This document shows positions 18,598 through 28,175 of a stretch of 34,319 bases of DNA, piece after piece. The position numbers and the translations under genes were made by a program. The stretch spans positions 1-34,319 of the forward strand of contig JBAUUA010000250.1 in the NCBI GenBank assembly GCA_049582465.1, in the 5' to 3' direction. This stretch comes from Bradyrhizobium sp. Lineage in GTDB: Bacteria > Pseudomonadota > Alphaproteobacteria > Rhizobiales > Xanthobacteraceae. How positions within the stretch are numbered: the stretch's first letter is position 1; each line of letters opens with the position of its first letter. The notes under the pieces are model-generated. The model searched no databases. It was not told the origin of the DNA and saw only the letters and a program-made list of their open reading frames with translations.

Positions 18598-19478
18598 CGG
18601 CCGGTATCCCGACCGGACAGCCGGTGCCGGATCCGCTCGGTGACGAGATCGATGATCGCAACGGAGACGATGATCATCAAGAGGATGGCGCTGACGTCGG
18701 TGTAGTAGAATTTCCGGATCGCCACGAAGAGATCCTGCCCGATCCCGCCGGCTCCCACCATGCCGACCACCGAGCCCGACCGCACATTGATCTCGAACCG
18801 CAGCAGGCTGTAGCTCGCGAAGACGGACATCACCTGCGGCAGCGCACCGAATCGCACCATCTCGATGAACCGGCTGCCGGTAGAGCGGACCCCCTCGACC
18901 GGCCGCATGTCGATGTTTTCGATGGCTTCGGTGAAGAGCTTGCCGAGCGTTCCAAAGCTGTGAATGGCGATCGCGAGGATTCCGGCAAGCGGGCCGAGGC
19001 CGAAGGCACTGACGAACATCAGCGCGAACACCAGATCGGGCACGGTGCGGCAGAATTCGAAGATACGCTTGATGCTCCATCGCAGCACGTTGCCGGGCGC
19101 GAGGTTGGCGGCGGCAAAGAAGGCGAACATGAACGCGCCGCCGGCGCCGATCAACGTGCCGAGATAGGCGATCAGGACCGTATCGAGCAGCAGCTTCAGC
19201 CAGCCCGCGATGTTCCAGTACCAGTCGGCGACATCGGCGCCGAAATTCGCATAGGTGAGCTTGGGAACGATCCGGCCGAAATAGCTGGTGAAGTTCGATA
19301 TGTTCTGGAAGAGATTGTTGAGATCGACCTCGCCGAAGCGCCCGGCGATGACGATCAGGATCGCAAGGACCGCGAGCACCAGCAGCGATTGCCGGCGGCG
19401 GCGTGCGACTGCGCGCTGGTAATCGGCGAGCAGGACCTCCAGGCGCGCCGGCGGTACGCTCAGGATGCTGGAGGTCAT
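18594..19478 (-). CDS. phnE: Phosphonate ABC transporter permease PhnE (first copy)
   Basis: RTVPDLVFALMF, GLGPLAGILAIAIH, GKLFTEAIEN, RFEINVRS..VVGMVGAGGIG. Confidence 0.95.
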   Translation of the reverse strand: MTSSILSVPPARLEVLLADYQRAVARRRRQSLLVLAVLAILIVIAGRFGEVDLNNLFQNISNFTSYFGRIVPKLTYANFGADVADWYWNIAGWLKLLLDTVLIAYLGTLIGAGGAFMFAFFAAANLAPGNVLRWSIKRIFEFCRTVPDLVFALMFVSAFGLGPLAGILAIAIHSFGTLGKLFTEAIENIDMRPVEGVRSTGSRFIEMVRFGALPQVMSVFASYSLLRFEINVRSGSVVGMVGAGGIGQDLFVAIRKFYYTDVSAILLMIIVSVAIIDLVTERIRHRLSGRDTGR

Positions 19479-19505
19479 GACGTTCTGTGTTGTCGATCAG
19501 GAGGA

Positions 19506-19533
19506 CGGGAGCGGCGAAGGATCGCCGCTCCCG
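19506..19533. other. Intercistronic stem-loop just after the phnD stop
   Basis: CGGGAGCGGCGA-AGGA-TCGCCGCTCCCG, 12-bp perfect stem, no U-tract. Confidence 0.7.
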
Positions 19534-19540
19534 GCTTGGC

Positions 19541-20452
19541 TCAGGAGCGCTTTTTGCGCATGTCGTTGACGAACTGGATCATGTCCACGGTGTTCTCGTA
19601 ATCCTTGTGGGTCACCGCGACGAACTCCTTGTCCTTGCCGTCGGACAGCCGGTCGAACGCGGCCTTGTCCTTGGTGGGCGCTTCCATGAAGGCCTTGACG
19701 ATGGCCTGCTTGAGGTCAGCGGGGAGATCCGAGAGATACGCATAGGGCGAGCCGGCCAGCAGCCCGGACTTGAAGACGACCCGGAAATCTTCCTTCTTGG
19801 CCATTCCCTTCGCGACCATGCGCGTCAGGTTGGAATCGGTGTCCGAGTTCCACCAGTCGGCGGCGCAATCCACCGTGCCCTTGTCGAGCGCGATCACGCC
19901 GTTCTCGTGGCTGCCGGTGATGATCGACTTGCCGAAGAAGGCGTCGGCATCGATGCCGGCCTTGTGGAGGAAGAAGCGCGGCGCGTTGTAGCCGGAAGTC
20001 GAATTCGGATCGACGAAGCCGATGGTCTTGCCCTTGAGATCCTTGATGTCCTTGTAGGGGCTGTCGGCCTTGACGTAGATCACCGAGTAGTAACCCACCG
20101 TGCCGTCATTGTTTCGGCTGGTAACGAAGGGTTCGGTCTTGACGCCGGTCATATAGGCCGTCGAGTAGGAGGCCGGGCCGTAATAGGCGATCTGGATGTT
20201 GCCAGCGCGCTGGCCCTCGATGACGGCGGCGTAGTCATTGGCGATCCGCAGCTTGACGGGAACGCCGAGTTCCTTCGAGAGATAGGTCATGAAGGGGGCG
20301 TAGCGGTCGTTGACGCCCGAGGCGTTTTCAGCCGGCACCACCGCGAAGGTCAGCTCCTTGTATTTCGCCTTCCAGTCGTCGGCGTGGGCCGCGCCCGCGG
20401 TAAAGGCCAGCGCCATCGCGCTGGCGGATAGAAAATGGCGGCGGTTCAACAT
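19541..20452 (-). CDS. phnD: Phosphonate ABC transporter substrate-binding protein PhnD (303 aa)
   Basis: AGGAG RBS; MLNRRHFL Tat-like signal; VPAEN, NDYAAVIEG, YGPASY, DPNSTSGY, GSHE. Confidence 0.95.
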   Translation of the reverse strand: MLNRRHFLSASAMALAFTAGAAHADDWKAKYKELTFAVVPAENASGVNDRYAPFMTYLSKELGVPVKLRIANDYAAVIEGQRAGNIQIAYYGPASYSTAYMTGVKTEPFVTSRNNDGTVGYYSVIYVKADSPYKDIKDLKGKTIGFVDPNSTSGYNAPRFFLHKAGIDADAFFGKSIITGSHENGVIALDKGTVDCAADWWNSDTDSNLTRMVAKGMAKKEDFRVVFKSGLLAGSPYAYLSDLPADLKQAIVKAFMEAPTKDKAAFDRLSDGKDKEFVAVTHKDYENTVDMIQFVNDMRKKRS

Positions 20453-20530
20453 AGGTCTTCTCCTGTTGGGTGGGGTGAGGCAGTTTCTTGTCGGGCGACA
20501 CCCGAACATTGTCGCGAATTCGAGCAGCGG

Positions 20531-21346
<816 letters not shown>

Positions 21347-21465
21347 GCAGCGCTCTCAGCTCGTTGTTTGGGCATGTCTTCGAGCAAGCGCATCGCGCTC
21401 GTCTCAGGGAAAAGTTCCGCTTTTCCGGACCATGCTTCAGCTGGCACTATCGCTAACGTCTGGAT

Positions 21466-21483
21466 TCAACAGTTATGTGACAG
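21466..21483 (-). promoter_or_regulatory. Pho box upstream of phnC
   Basis: Minus strand CTGTCAC-ATAA-CTGTTGA. Confidence 0.75.
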
Positions 21484-21521
21484 TCGCGCTGCGGTGCGGC
21501 AATCATCCACACCCGCGCGCA

Positions 21522-21550
21522 ACGTCATGCGTTCGTCATGACACCGTCAT
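21522..21550 (+). promoter_or_regulatory. Three tandem Pho half-sites upstream of the acetyltransferase operon
   Basis: ACGTCAT-GCGT-TCGTCAT-GACA-CCGTCAT with an exact 11-bp period. Confidence 0.68.
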
Positions 21551-21603
21551 CAAGCCCACCGATGACGTGCAGCCTTGACACTAATTGCTCATGAGAAGCC
21601 CAC

Positions 21604-22272
21604 ATGGCCGGCAAGATACTTTCAGTCGATCCGACGGTGGACCCGAGCGCGAAACTGCACGACGTCAAGCTCGGCGCCAATTGCGAAGTCGGCGCGCGGA
21701 CGATCCTGCAGGAAGTGACGATGGACGATTATTCCTACGTCGTGAACGACGCGCAGATCACCTATACGACGATCGGAAAGTTCTGCTCGATCGCGGCGAT
21801 GACGCGGATCAACCCCGGCAATCACCCGATGCACCGCGCAACGCAGGCGCATTTCACCTATCGCGCCAGCGCGTATTTTCCGGAAGAACGCGACGAGGCG
21901 GAGTTCTTCGAATGGCGGCGCTCCCACCGCGTCCATATCGGCCATGACGTCTGGATCGGGCACGGCGCCATCGTGCTGCCGGGCCGCGGCATCGGGACCG
22001 GCGCGGTGGTCGCCGCCGGCGCCGTCGTCACCAAGGACGTTCCGGCCTACACCATCGTCGCCGGCAATCCGGCGCGGACGATCCGGCGCCGATTTCCAGA
22101 AAGCGTGACCAACCGGCTGGCCGAGCTGTCGTGGTGGGATTGGGACCACGAGGCCCTGCGCAGGGCGCTGCCCGATTTCCGCAAGCTCGCGGTCGAGGAC
22201 TTTCTCGCAAAATACGAGGCCGCGGCCAGCGTCAGCCGGTCGCCCGCCCCGAAACGAAGTGCGGCATCATGA
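21604..22272 (+). CDS. Phosphonate-cluster hexapeptide-repeat (LbH, Vat/CatB-like) acetyltransferase (222 aa)
   Basis: [58 protein letters not shown]. Confidence 0.92.
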   Translation: MAGKILSVDPTVDPSAKLHDVKLGANCEVGARTILQEVTMDDYSYVVNDAQITYTTIGKFCSIAAMTRINPGNHPMHRATQAHFTYRASAYFPEERDEAEFFEWRRSHRVHIGHDVWIGHGAIVLPGRGIGTGAVVAAGAVVTKDVPAYTIVAGNPARTIRRRFPESVTNRLAELSWWDWDHEALRRALPDFRKLAVEDFLAKYEAAASVSRSPAPKRSAAS

Positions 22273-23462
22273 CGGATATTCTGATCCAAGGCGGCGAGGC
22301 GCTGCTCGGCGGCGAATTCCTCGAAACCTCGCTGCGGATCGAGGAGAGCGAGATCGGCGCAGTCGGTTCTCGCCATGGCCGTGCCGCATTGGGCCTCGAC
22401 GCCGGCGGGCTGAAGGTGCTGCCCGGAATCATCGACCTGCATGGCGATGCCTTCGAGCGGCAGATGATGCCGCGCCCCGGCGTCGATTTCCCCACCGACG
22501 TGGCGCTGGCCGACAGCGACCGGCAGGCGATCGGCAACGGCATCACGACCGTGTTTCACGCCACGACCTGGTCGTGGGAACCGGGCCTGCGCAGCGCCGA
22601 CAATGCGCGGCTGCTGCTCGAGGCGATCGAAGCCATGCGGCCGCAACTCGCCGCCGATACCCGCTTCCATTTGCGCCAGGAGACCTACAATCTCGATGCC
22701 GAGGCCGAAATCGGCCAGTGGCTGTCCGACGGACGCATCGACCTGTTCGCCTTCAACGACCACATGGATTCGACGGTCGCCAATCTTGCAAAGCCGCAAA
22801 AGCGAAGCCGCATGGTGGAGCGCACCGGGCTCGCCAATGAGGCGTTCGACGCGCTGGTGGCGCGCGTCGTCGCCCGCGCCCCCGAGGTCCCCACCTCGAT
22901 CGCGCGGCTGGCGGAAGCGGCCCGCAACGCCAACGTACGGATGCTGTCGCACGACGACGATACCCCTGCCATGCGCGAGGCCTTTCGCGGCATGGGGGTG
23001 AAGATCGCCGAATTCCCGGTCAACGAGGAAACCGCGCGCGCCGCGGCGGAAGCCGGCGACGCCATCGTGTTCGGCGCGCCGAATGTCGTGCGCGGCGGCA
23101 GCCATACCGGATGGACCCGGGCTTCCGACATGATCGCCAAGGGCCTGTGCTCGGTGCTGGCCTCCGACTATTATTATCCGGCGCAGCTGCTCGCCGCCTT
23201 CCGCCTCGCCGCCGATGGCGTGCTGCCGCTGGCCCGCGCCTGGGACCTGATTTCGGCGGGTCCGGCGCAGGCCGCCGGGCTTTCCGACCGGGGCGTGCTG
23301 GCGGAGGGCTATCGCGCCGATATCATCCTGGTCGACGACGAAGTGCCGCTGCGGCCGCGCATCGTCGCCGTCATCGCCGCGGGGCGCCTGGTCCACCTGA
23401 CCGATGCGAGCCGGCTGATCCTATCATCGTCCGCGCGGCGCGAGGCGGTTGCAGCCGCGTGA
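22269..23462 (+). CDS. Second PhnM-like amidohydrolase (397 aa)
   Basis: [46 protein letters not shown] coupling with the acetyltransferase. Confidence 0.92.
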   Translation: MTDILIQGGEALLGGEFLETSLRIEESEIGAVGSRHGRAALGLDAGGLKVLPGIIDLHGDAFERQMMPRPGVDFPTDVALADSDRQAIGNGITTVFHATTWSWEPGLRSADNARLLLEAIEAMRPQLAADTRFHLRQETYNLDAEAEIGQWLSDGRIDLFAFNDHMDSTVANLAKPQKRSRMVERTGLANEAFDALVARVVARAPEVPTSIARLAEAARNANVRMLSHDDDTPAMREAFRGMGVKIAEFPVNEETARAAAEAGDAIVFGAPNVVRGGSHTGWTRASDMIAKGLCSVLASDYYYPAQLLAAFRLAADGVLPLARAWDLISAGPAQAAGLSDRGVLAEGYRADIILVDDEVPLRPRIVAVIAAGRLVHLTDASRLILSSSARREAVAAA

Positions 23463-23482
23463 GGCGGCTTTATGCTGGCGCC

Positions 23483-24193
23483 ATGGCTTCTTCCTTTCCC
23501 CGTTATGCAATCTATTACGTGGCCCCGCGCGGCAGCGATCTCGATCGCTTCGGTGCTTCATTGCTGGGCTATGACGCCTTCAGCGGCAGCGATGTGCCCT
23601 TTCCGGACGGCATTCCACATTCGGTGCCGGATTGGCGCGAGGTGACGCGCGACCCCCGAAAATACGGCTTCCATGCCACGCTGAAAGCGCCGCTGGCGCT
23701 GGCATCGGGCAAGACCGAAGCCGAACTGCTCGCCGCGTGCGAAAGCTTTGCCGGCACGCCTCGGGCGATCCCGGCGATCCGGCCGGTCGTCGATTCCATC
23801 AGCGGTTTTCTCGCGGTCGTGCCCGGCGAGCCATCGGCCGAACTAACGCGGTTTGCCGCGGATTGCGTGCGCGAATTCGATTGCTTCCGTGCGCCGCTCA
23901 CGCCGGAGGATCGGGCACGGCGCAACCCCGCCGCCCTGACGCCGAGGCAATGTGCGTACCTCGACCGCTTTGGATATCCCTACGTGCTGGAGGACTTCCG
24001 CTTCCACATGACGCTGACGGGACGGCTCGACGCCGAACGGCGGCGGCCGGTCCTGGCGATGCTGCGCGATCGCTTTTCGACGCTCGGCCTGCAAACGCTT
24101 GATATCGACAGGATCGCGGTATGCCGTCAGGACGCGGCCGATTCCCGATTCCGCGTCCTTGGTCAGTTCGTCCTGGCGCAGACCCGCGGCTAG
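23483..24193 (+). CDS. DUF1045-type phosphonate metabolism protein, 2H phosphoesterase-like (236 aa)
   Basis: RYAIYY, PRKYGFHATLKAP, GYPYV..FRFHMTLTG: two HxT motifs. Confidence 0.9.
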   Translation: MASSFPRYAIYYVAPRGSDLDRFGASLLGYDAFSGSDVPFPDGIPHSVPDWREVTRDPRKYGFHATLKAPLALASGKTEAELLAACESFAGTPRAIPAIRPVVDSISGFLAVVPGEPSAELTRFAADCVREFDCFRAPLTPEDRARRNPAALTPRQCAYLDRFGYPYVLEDFRFHMTLTGRLDAERRRPVLAMLRDRFSTLGLQTLDIDRIAVCRQDAADSRFRVLGQFVLAQTRG

Positions 24194-24203
24194 CGGCCGC
24201 ACC

Positions 24204-24455
24204 TCAGCAACCGCGGCAGATGTTCAGTTCCTTGTCGAGCCGTTCATCCAGCTTCTGCTGCTGGGCGTCATAGGTCGACAATTGCTGCTGCTCGGCCTGG
24301 TTCGCCGGTGAGGACGGCGAAAACTGCTGGGCACGGGGCTGCAAATGGCCGACCGGCGCGTTGCCATAGACGGTCAATCCGGGCGCTGCATTGGCGACAG
24401 TGCCCGAAACCAGCGCGCCACCGAGGATCGTTACGATAAGAAGAGTCTTGTACAT
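24204..24455 (-). CDS. Small secreted protein with C-terminal ICRGC (83 aa)
   Basis: GGAG RBS; signal peptide ending ANA; APVGHLQP motif, Gln-rich helix, terminal CxxC. Confidence 0.8.
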   Translation of the reverse strand: MYKTLLIVTILGGALVSGTVANAAPGLTVYGNAPVGHLQPRAQQFSPSSPANQAEQQQLSTYDAQQQKLDERLDKELNICRGC

Positions 24456-24561
24456 GGGTTTGCTCCGCCAAGATCAGAGTGGCGGGCGCTCGCAATGATG
24501 CGCATCTCGCCATCGTCGTGCATTCGATCAGCGCAGTATAAATCGGGTGCGATGGGCGGCC

Positions 24562-24581
24562 ATTAAATACGCTCTTACTGT
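24562..24581 (-). promoter_or_regulatory. Candidate regulator site (copy 1) upstream of the ICRGC gene
   Basis: Plus strand ATTAAATACGCTCTTACTGT, 16/20 identical to 27046-27065; TATACT (-10-like, minus strand 24540-24535) 21 nt downstream. Confidence 0.55.
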
Positions 24582-24666
24582 TTTGTGCCGCGCCGTCACG
24601 CGGGTTTGAAAACAGCGCGCCGCTCTGGATTTTTTCGTAATCGCACGGCAAGATCGCGCTCGTCAT

Positions 24667-26034
24667 TCAGATCCGCTGGCTGTCGGGACAGACGATGTCG
24701 ACGCGGCCACCGGGACCTGCGTGAATGACCAGCCGAAAACCGTGCAGCCTGACGATGGCCGCCACCAGGTTCAGGCCGAGCCCCACACCCGGTGTGTTCC
24801 TGATCTTGTCGGAGCGGTAGAAGCGCCGCAGCACGGCCTCGCGCTCCTGTTCGCCGATGCCGCAGCCGCTATCCGTCACGCTTACGACGATCTCCTTGTC
24901 GCTGCGCAACAGCTCGATGCTCACCTTGCCGCCTTCCGGCGTGAACTTGATGGCGTTGTCGACGAGGTTGGCGACCGCCTCGAACAGGAGGTCGCGGTCG
25001 CCGCGCACGCTGAGCCGGTGGCTCGCCTCGACCCGCAAGGCGATATTCTTGTTCTCGGCAATCGGCTCGTAGAGGTCGCAGACCTCGCGCAGCATCTCCT
25101 GCAGCGCCACGCTGCCGAAACCCGCCGAACGCCGGCTGTTTTCGATCTCGGCCAGCCGCAATAGCGCCGTGATGATCGAAAGCGACTGATCGATGCCCGC
25201 GATCGCCTTGTCGGCGACGGCCTGAAGCTGCTCCAGGCTGGTCGCGTTGGTCCGCCCGCGCTCGAGCGCGAGCCGCGCCCGCGTCAGCGGCGTGCGCAGA
25301 TCATGGGCGATGTCGTTGCCGACGCCTTCGAGCGCATGGATCATCGTCTCCATTTCGTCGAGCATGCCGTTGACGATGACCGCGAGCCTGGAAAACGGCT
25401 CGTCGACATTGCGATACGGCAGCCGCTCGCGCAGATCGCCGGCGATGATGCGCTGGACCCGCTGGTTGACCTCCTCGACGCGCTTCTGGGCGCGCATGCT
25501 CAGCCATGCGCCGGCCAGCAGGCAAAGCAGAAAGGCGGGCAACAGGCCGAGCGCCAGCGCCTGGCCGACGACGTGGGAGATCTCGCGCGCCTCGTCGACT
25601 TCCCGGCCGATCACCAGCGCGTCGCCATTGGGCATGCGCCGGGCGATCGCGCGGATCACGCGCGGATCCTGACCGGACGGAAGCGTCCTGACGATATGCA
25701 CACTCCGGACGACATCGTTCATCCTGAGTTCGGGCGGAATCCGTTCGAGATTGCCTGCGATCCTCTGCCCCCCGGCATCGAACAGCGCGGCATATTGAAC
25801 GCCGCGGGAATCCTCTCCCAGATGCTGGCCGATGGCGTCGGTCCGGCGATCGGCGGGCAGCGCCGCAATGAACTCGAGTTGCCTCGTGATCATGTTGTCG
25901 GACCGCGCGATGAGATAATCGTCGGTCTTCCAGTAGATGAAGCCGAACAGCACGATGACGAAGACCGCGAACACGGCGGCGACCGCGAGCGCCCAGTGAA
26001 AGGTGTTCGAGCGTATGAACTGCGGTTGACGCAT
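24667..26034 (-). CDS. HAMP-domain sensor histidine kinase (about 455 aa)
   Basis: Two TM segments around a periplasmic domain; H-box IAHDLRTPL, NLVDNAIKFT, DSGCGI, GVGLGL; start could also be 26058. Confidence 0.95.
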   Translation of the reverse strand: MRQPQFIRSNTFHWALAVAAVFAVFVIVLFGFIYWKTDDYLIARSDNMITRQLEFIAALPADRRTDAIGQHLGEDSRGVQYAALFDAGGQRIAGNLERIPPELRMNDVVRSVHIVRTLPSGQDPRVIRAIARRMPNGDALVIGREVDEAREISHVVGQALALGLLPAFLLCLLAGAWLSMRAQKRVEEVNQRVQRIIAGDLRERLPYRNVDEPFSRLAVIVNGMLDEMETMIHALEGVGNDIAHDLRTPLTRARLALERGRTNATSLEQLQAVADKAIAGIDQSLSIITALLRLAEIENSRRSAGFGSVALQEMLREVCDLYEPIAENKNIALRVEASHRLSVRGDRDLLFEAVANLVDNAIKFTPEGGKVSIELLRSDKEIVVSVTDSGCGIGEQEREAVLRRFYRSDKIRNTPGVGLGLNLVAAIVRLHGFRLVIHAGPGGRVDIVCPDSQRI

Positions 26035-26101
26035 CGGATCCTGCCGGGCGGATGTCATGTCTGACGTCAACGGCGGCGCAAAGGTGCCGGCCATCTGAAC
26101 G

Positions 26102-26779
26102 CTATGATCCCGTGCGAAGAATGAACCCGGCACCGCGGACGTTGTGGATCATGGGGACTTCGTCCGGTCCATCCACCTTATGACGCAAACGGCCCATATG
26201 CACGTCCACCAGATTGGTGGCGGGCACGAATTTGTAATTCCAGACCTCCTCCAGCAGCATGGCTCGCGTCAGCAACTGGTCGCTGCGTTGCATCATGTAT
26301 TCGAGCAGCCGGAACTCCCGCGGCAACAGGTCGATGGCGCGATCGCCGCGTTTGGCGGTGCGTTCGATCAGGTCGAGCTCCAGGGCCCCTACCCGCAGCG
26401 TCGTCTCGCGCGATTCGGCCGGCCGGCGCAGCAGCGCTTCGATGCGGGCGACCAACTCCACGATCGCGAACGGCTTTGTGAGATAATCGTCGCCGCCCAT
26501 CCGCAAGCCCCGCACGCGGTCATCGACCGCGCCGAGCGCGCTCAATACCAGCACCGGCGTGCGCATCTGGTCCTTGCGCAGGGCCTCGATCACCGTAAGG
26601 CCGTCCATTCCCGGCAACAGCCGATCGACGATCATGGCGTCAGGCCGCGTCGAGCGCGCCTTGCCGAGGCCCTCGATGCCGTCAGCGGCCCATTCGACTT
26701 CAAAGCCGCGGTCGGTGAGCTCGGCGGTGATCTCCTCCGCCGTTTCGCGGTCGTCCTCGATGAGAAGCACCTTTGCCAT
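26102..26779 (-). CDS. OmpR/PhoB-family response regulator (CusR/CopR-like, 225 aa)
   Basis: LLIEDD, VDRLLPGMDG, GGDDYLTKPF, winged helix EVWNYKF..TNLVDVHMGRLRHKVD, VRGAGF. Confidence 0.95.
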   Translation of the reverse strand: MAKVLLIEDDRETAEEITAELTDRGFEVEWAADGIEGLGKARSTRPDAMIVDRLLPGMDGLTVIEALRKDQMRTPVLVLSALGAVDDRVRGLRMGGDDYLTKPFAIVELVARIEALLRRPAESRETTLRVGALELDLIERTAKRGDRAIDLLPREFRLLEYMMQRSDQLLTRAMLLEEVWNYKFVPATNLVDVHMGRLRHKVDGPDEVPMIHNVRGAGFILRTGS

Positions 26780-27045
26780 CAGTTCATTCTCTATTGCCGC
26801 GTCAGCCTTCGCGGCGCCCTCGCCCGGTCTTCTCGGAACCCCAGTCTCGCCTACGGACAATGCCATGATGTCAACGACCTGCAAATGCCTCGGTTAAGGA
26901 GCCGGACAGCGCCGCCACGCCTTGCTCGGGGGGCTCAAGACGCGGCGTGCGCCGTCCGCTCTGCGGCCGCTCAACCACCGCCTCCGGGGGCAAGCGCGGT
27001 GGGGCCGCTCGATCATCAAGATAACCACGACCCTGCGGCCGCACT

Positions 27046-27065
27046 ATTAAATAGGGTTTTAATGT
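27046..27065 (-). promoter_or_regulatory. Candidate regulator site (copy 2) upstream of the RR-HK operon
   Basis: Plus strand ATTAAATAGGGTTTTAATGT (ATTAAA-N6-TTTAAT palindrome); TATCTT (-10-like, minus strand 27023-27018) 22 nt downstream. Confidence 0.55.
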
Positions 27066-27128
27066 CGGCCGCCGCCCGTGCTGGCGGCCCGGCTTTCGGA
27101 TGTGGGCCGGAGGAAACGAGCGTTTCCG

Positions 27129-28151
27129 TCAGCATCCCGACGGCGTTGCAGGCGCCGAGACGCCTGGCGTCGCAGCGGCGCCGGTGGCATTGGCCGGCGT
27201 CATCATGCCGGGCGTCGCCAGATTCATCGTCACGCTCTCGGCGCAGGCCGACGTGTTCGGCGTCGGCATCACGGCCATGGCCGGATTCGGCGCCATGCTG
27301 GGATCGATGCTGGTGCCGCCGAGGTCGGCGACCGCGGGTTCGATCGTGCCGAGCGGAGGGTTTGCCGGAACTTGCGGCGTCGACAGCGGCAAAGCTGCGC
27401 CGTTGGTCGGTGGACCACCCGGCGTCGAGCTGCACACCGTGGTCGAAGCACTGCCGAGCGGCGACACCGGCGAAATGGTTCCCGTCGTGCTGGCGACGAC
27501 GGGCGTAGGAATGGTTCCGAGCGGGGTCCCCGACATCATCGCGGTCGATGACGTGATCGTGGTCGACGGCATCATCGTGGCTGTGCTCCCCACCATGGCT
27601 GTGGAGGTCGGTTCGATCGATGCCGGCGGCACGGACGGTGCGGCAATCGGCGCCGGCAGCGCTGGAATTGCGGGCGGCGGCGGCGCCGGTACATTCGAGC
27701 CGGGAATCGTGGACAGGAACGACGACGCGGGCTGTGCCGACAGCGCAAATGGCGCGCTCGAGCTCGCCGCCGTGGACGCGGGAGCAGCAGACGGGACCGT
27801 TGGCGCGGCCGAGATCGGTGGCGTCGTCGCGGTCGCGCTTGCCACTACCGACGTCGAAGTAACCGGCACCGTCGGCGTTGGCGAGCCGATTTGCCCCGCT
27901 GGCGTGGCACAGGTCACGACCGTTCCGGGCGTCGACGGATCCGATGCCAGCGGCACCGGCGCCAATGTCGTATCGGGCGCGCCCGGCTGGGTGATCGCCG
28001 AGAACGGGCTCGGGCCGTTCAGCGGCGAGGACAATATCGTCCCCGGCGTCGACGACAGGCCCATGGCCGTGGTGCCCATGGTCGAGACCTGCGCGAGGCT
28101 GGCGTTGCAGCCCCACAGAAGAGCGGCCGCCGTCAACAACAGGTGTCGCAT
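27129..28151 (-). CDS. Secreted Pro/Ser/Thr/Ala-rich low-complexity protein (340 aa)
   Basis: Strong GGAGGAGG RBS; starts 24 nt after the adaptor stop, co-oriented; signal peptide MRHLLLTAAALLWGCNASLA; ends PSGC. Confidence 0.78.
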   Translation of the reverse strand: MRHLLLTAAALLWGCNASLAQVSTMGTTAMGLSSTPGTILSSPLNGPSPFSAITQPGAPDTTLAPVPLASDPSTPGTVVTCATPAGQIGSPTPTVPVTSTSVVASATATTPPISAAPTVPSAAPASTAASSSAPFALSAQPASSFLSTIPGSNVPAPPPPAIPALPAPIAAPSVPPASIEPTSTAMVGSTATMMPSTTITSSTAMMSGTPLGTIPTPVVASTTGTISPVSPLGSASTTVCSSTPGGPPTNGAALPLSTPQVPANPPLGTIEPAVADLGGTSIDPSMAPNPAMAVMPTPNTSACAESVTMNLATPGMMTPANATGAAATPGVSAPATPSGC

Positions 28152-28175
28152 GGCGATGGCCTCCTCCGCTCCCGG

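Noticed and set aside
24204..24221. Terminal CRGC as a haem c attachment site
   Set aside because: No His follows the CxxC; the protein ends there.
28107..28118. LWGC as a lipobox in the PST-rich protein
   Set aside because: Trp at -2 fits poorly and an SLA signal-peptidase-I site follows; not fully excluded.
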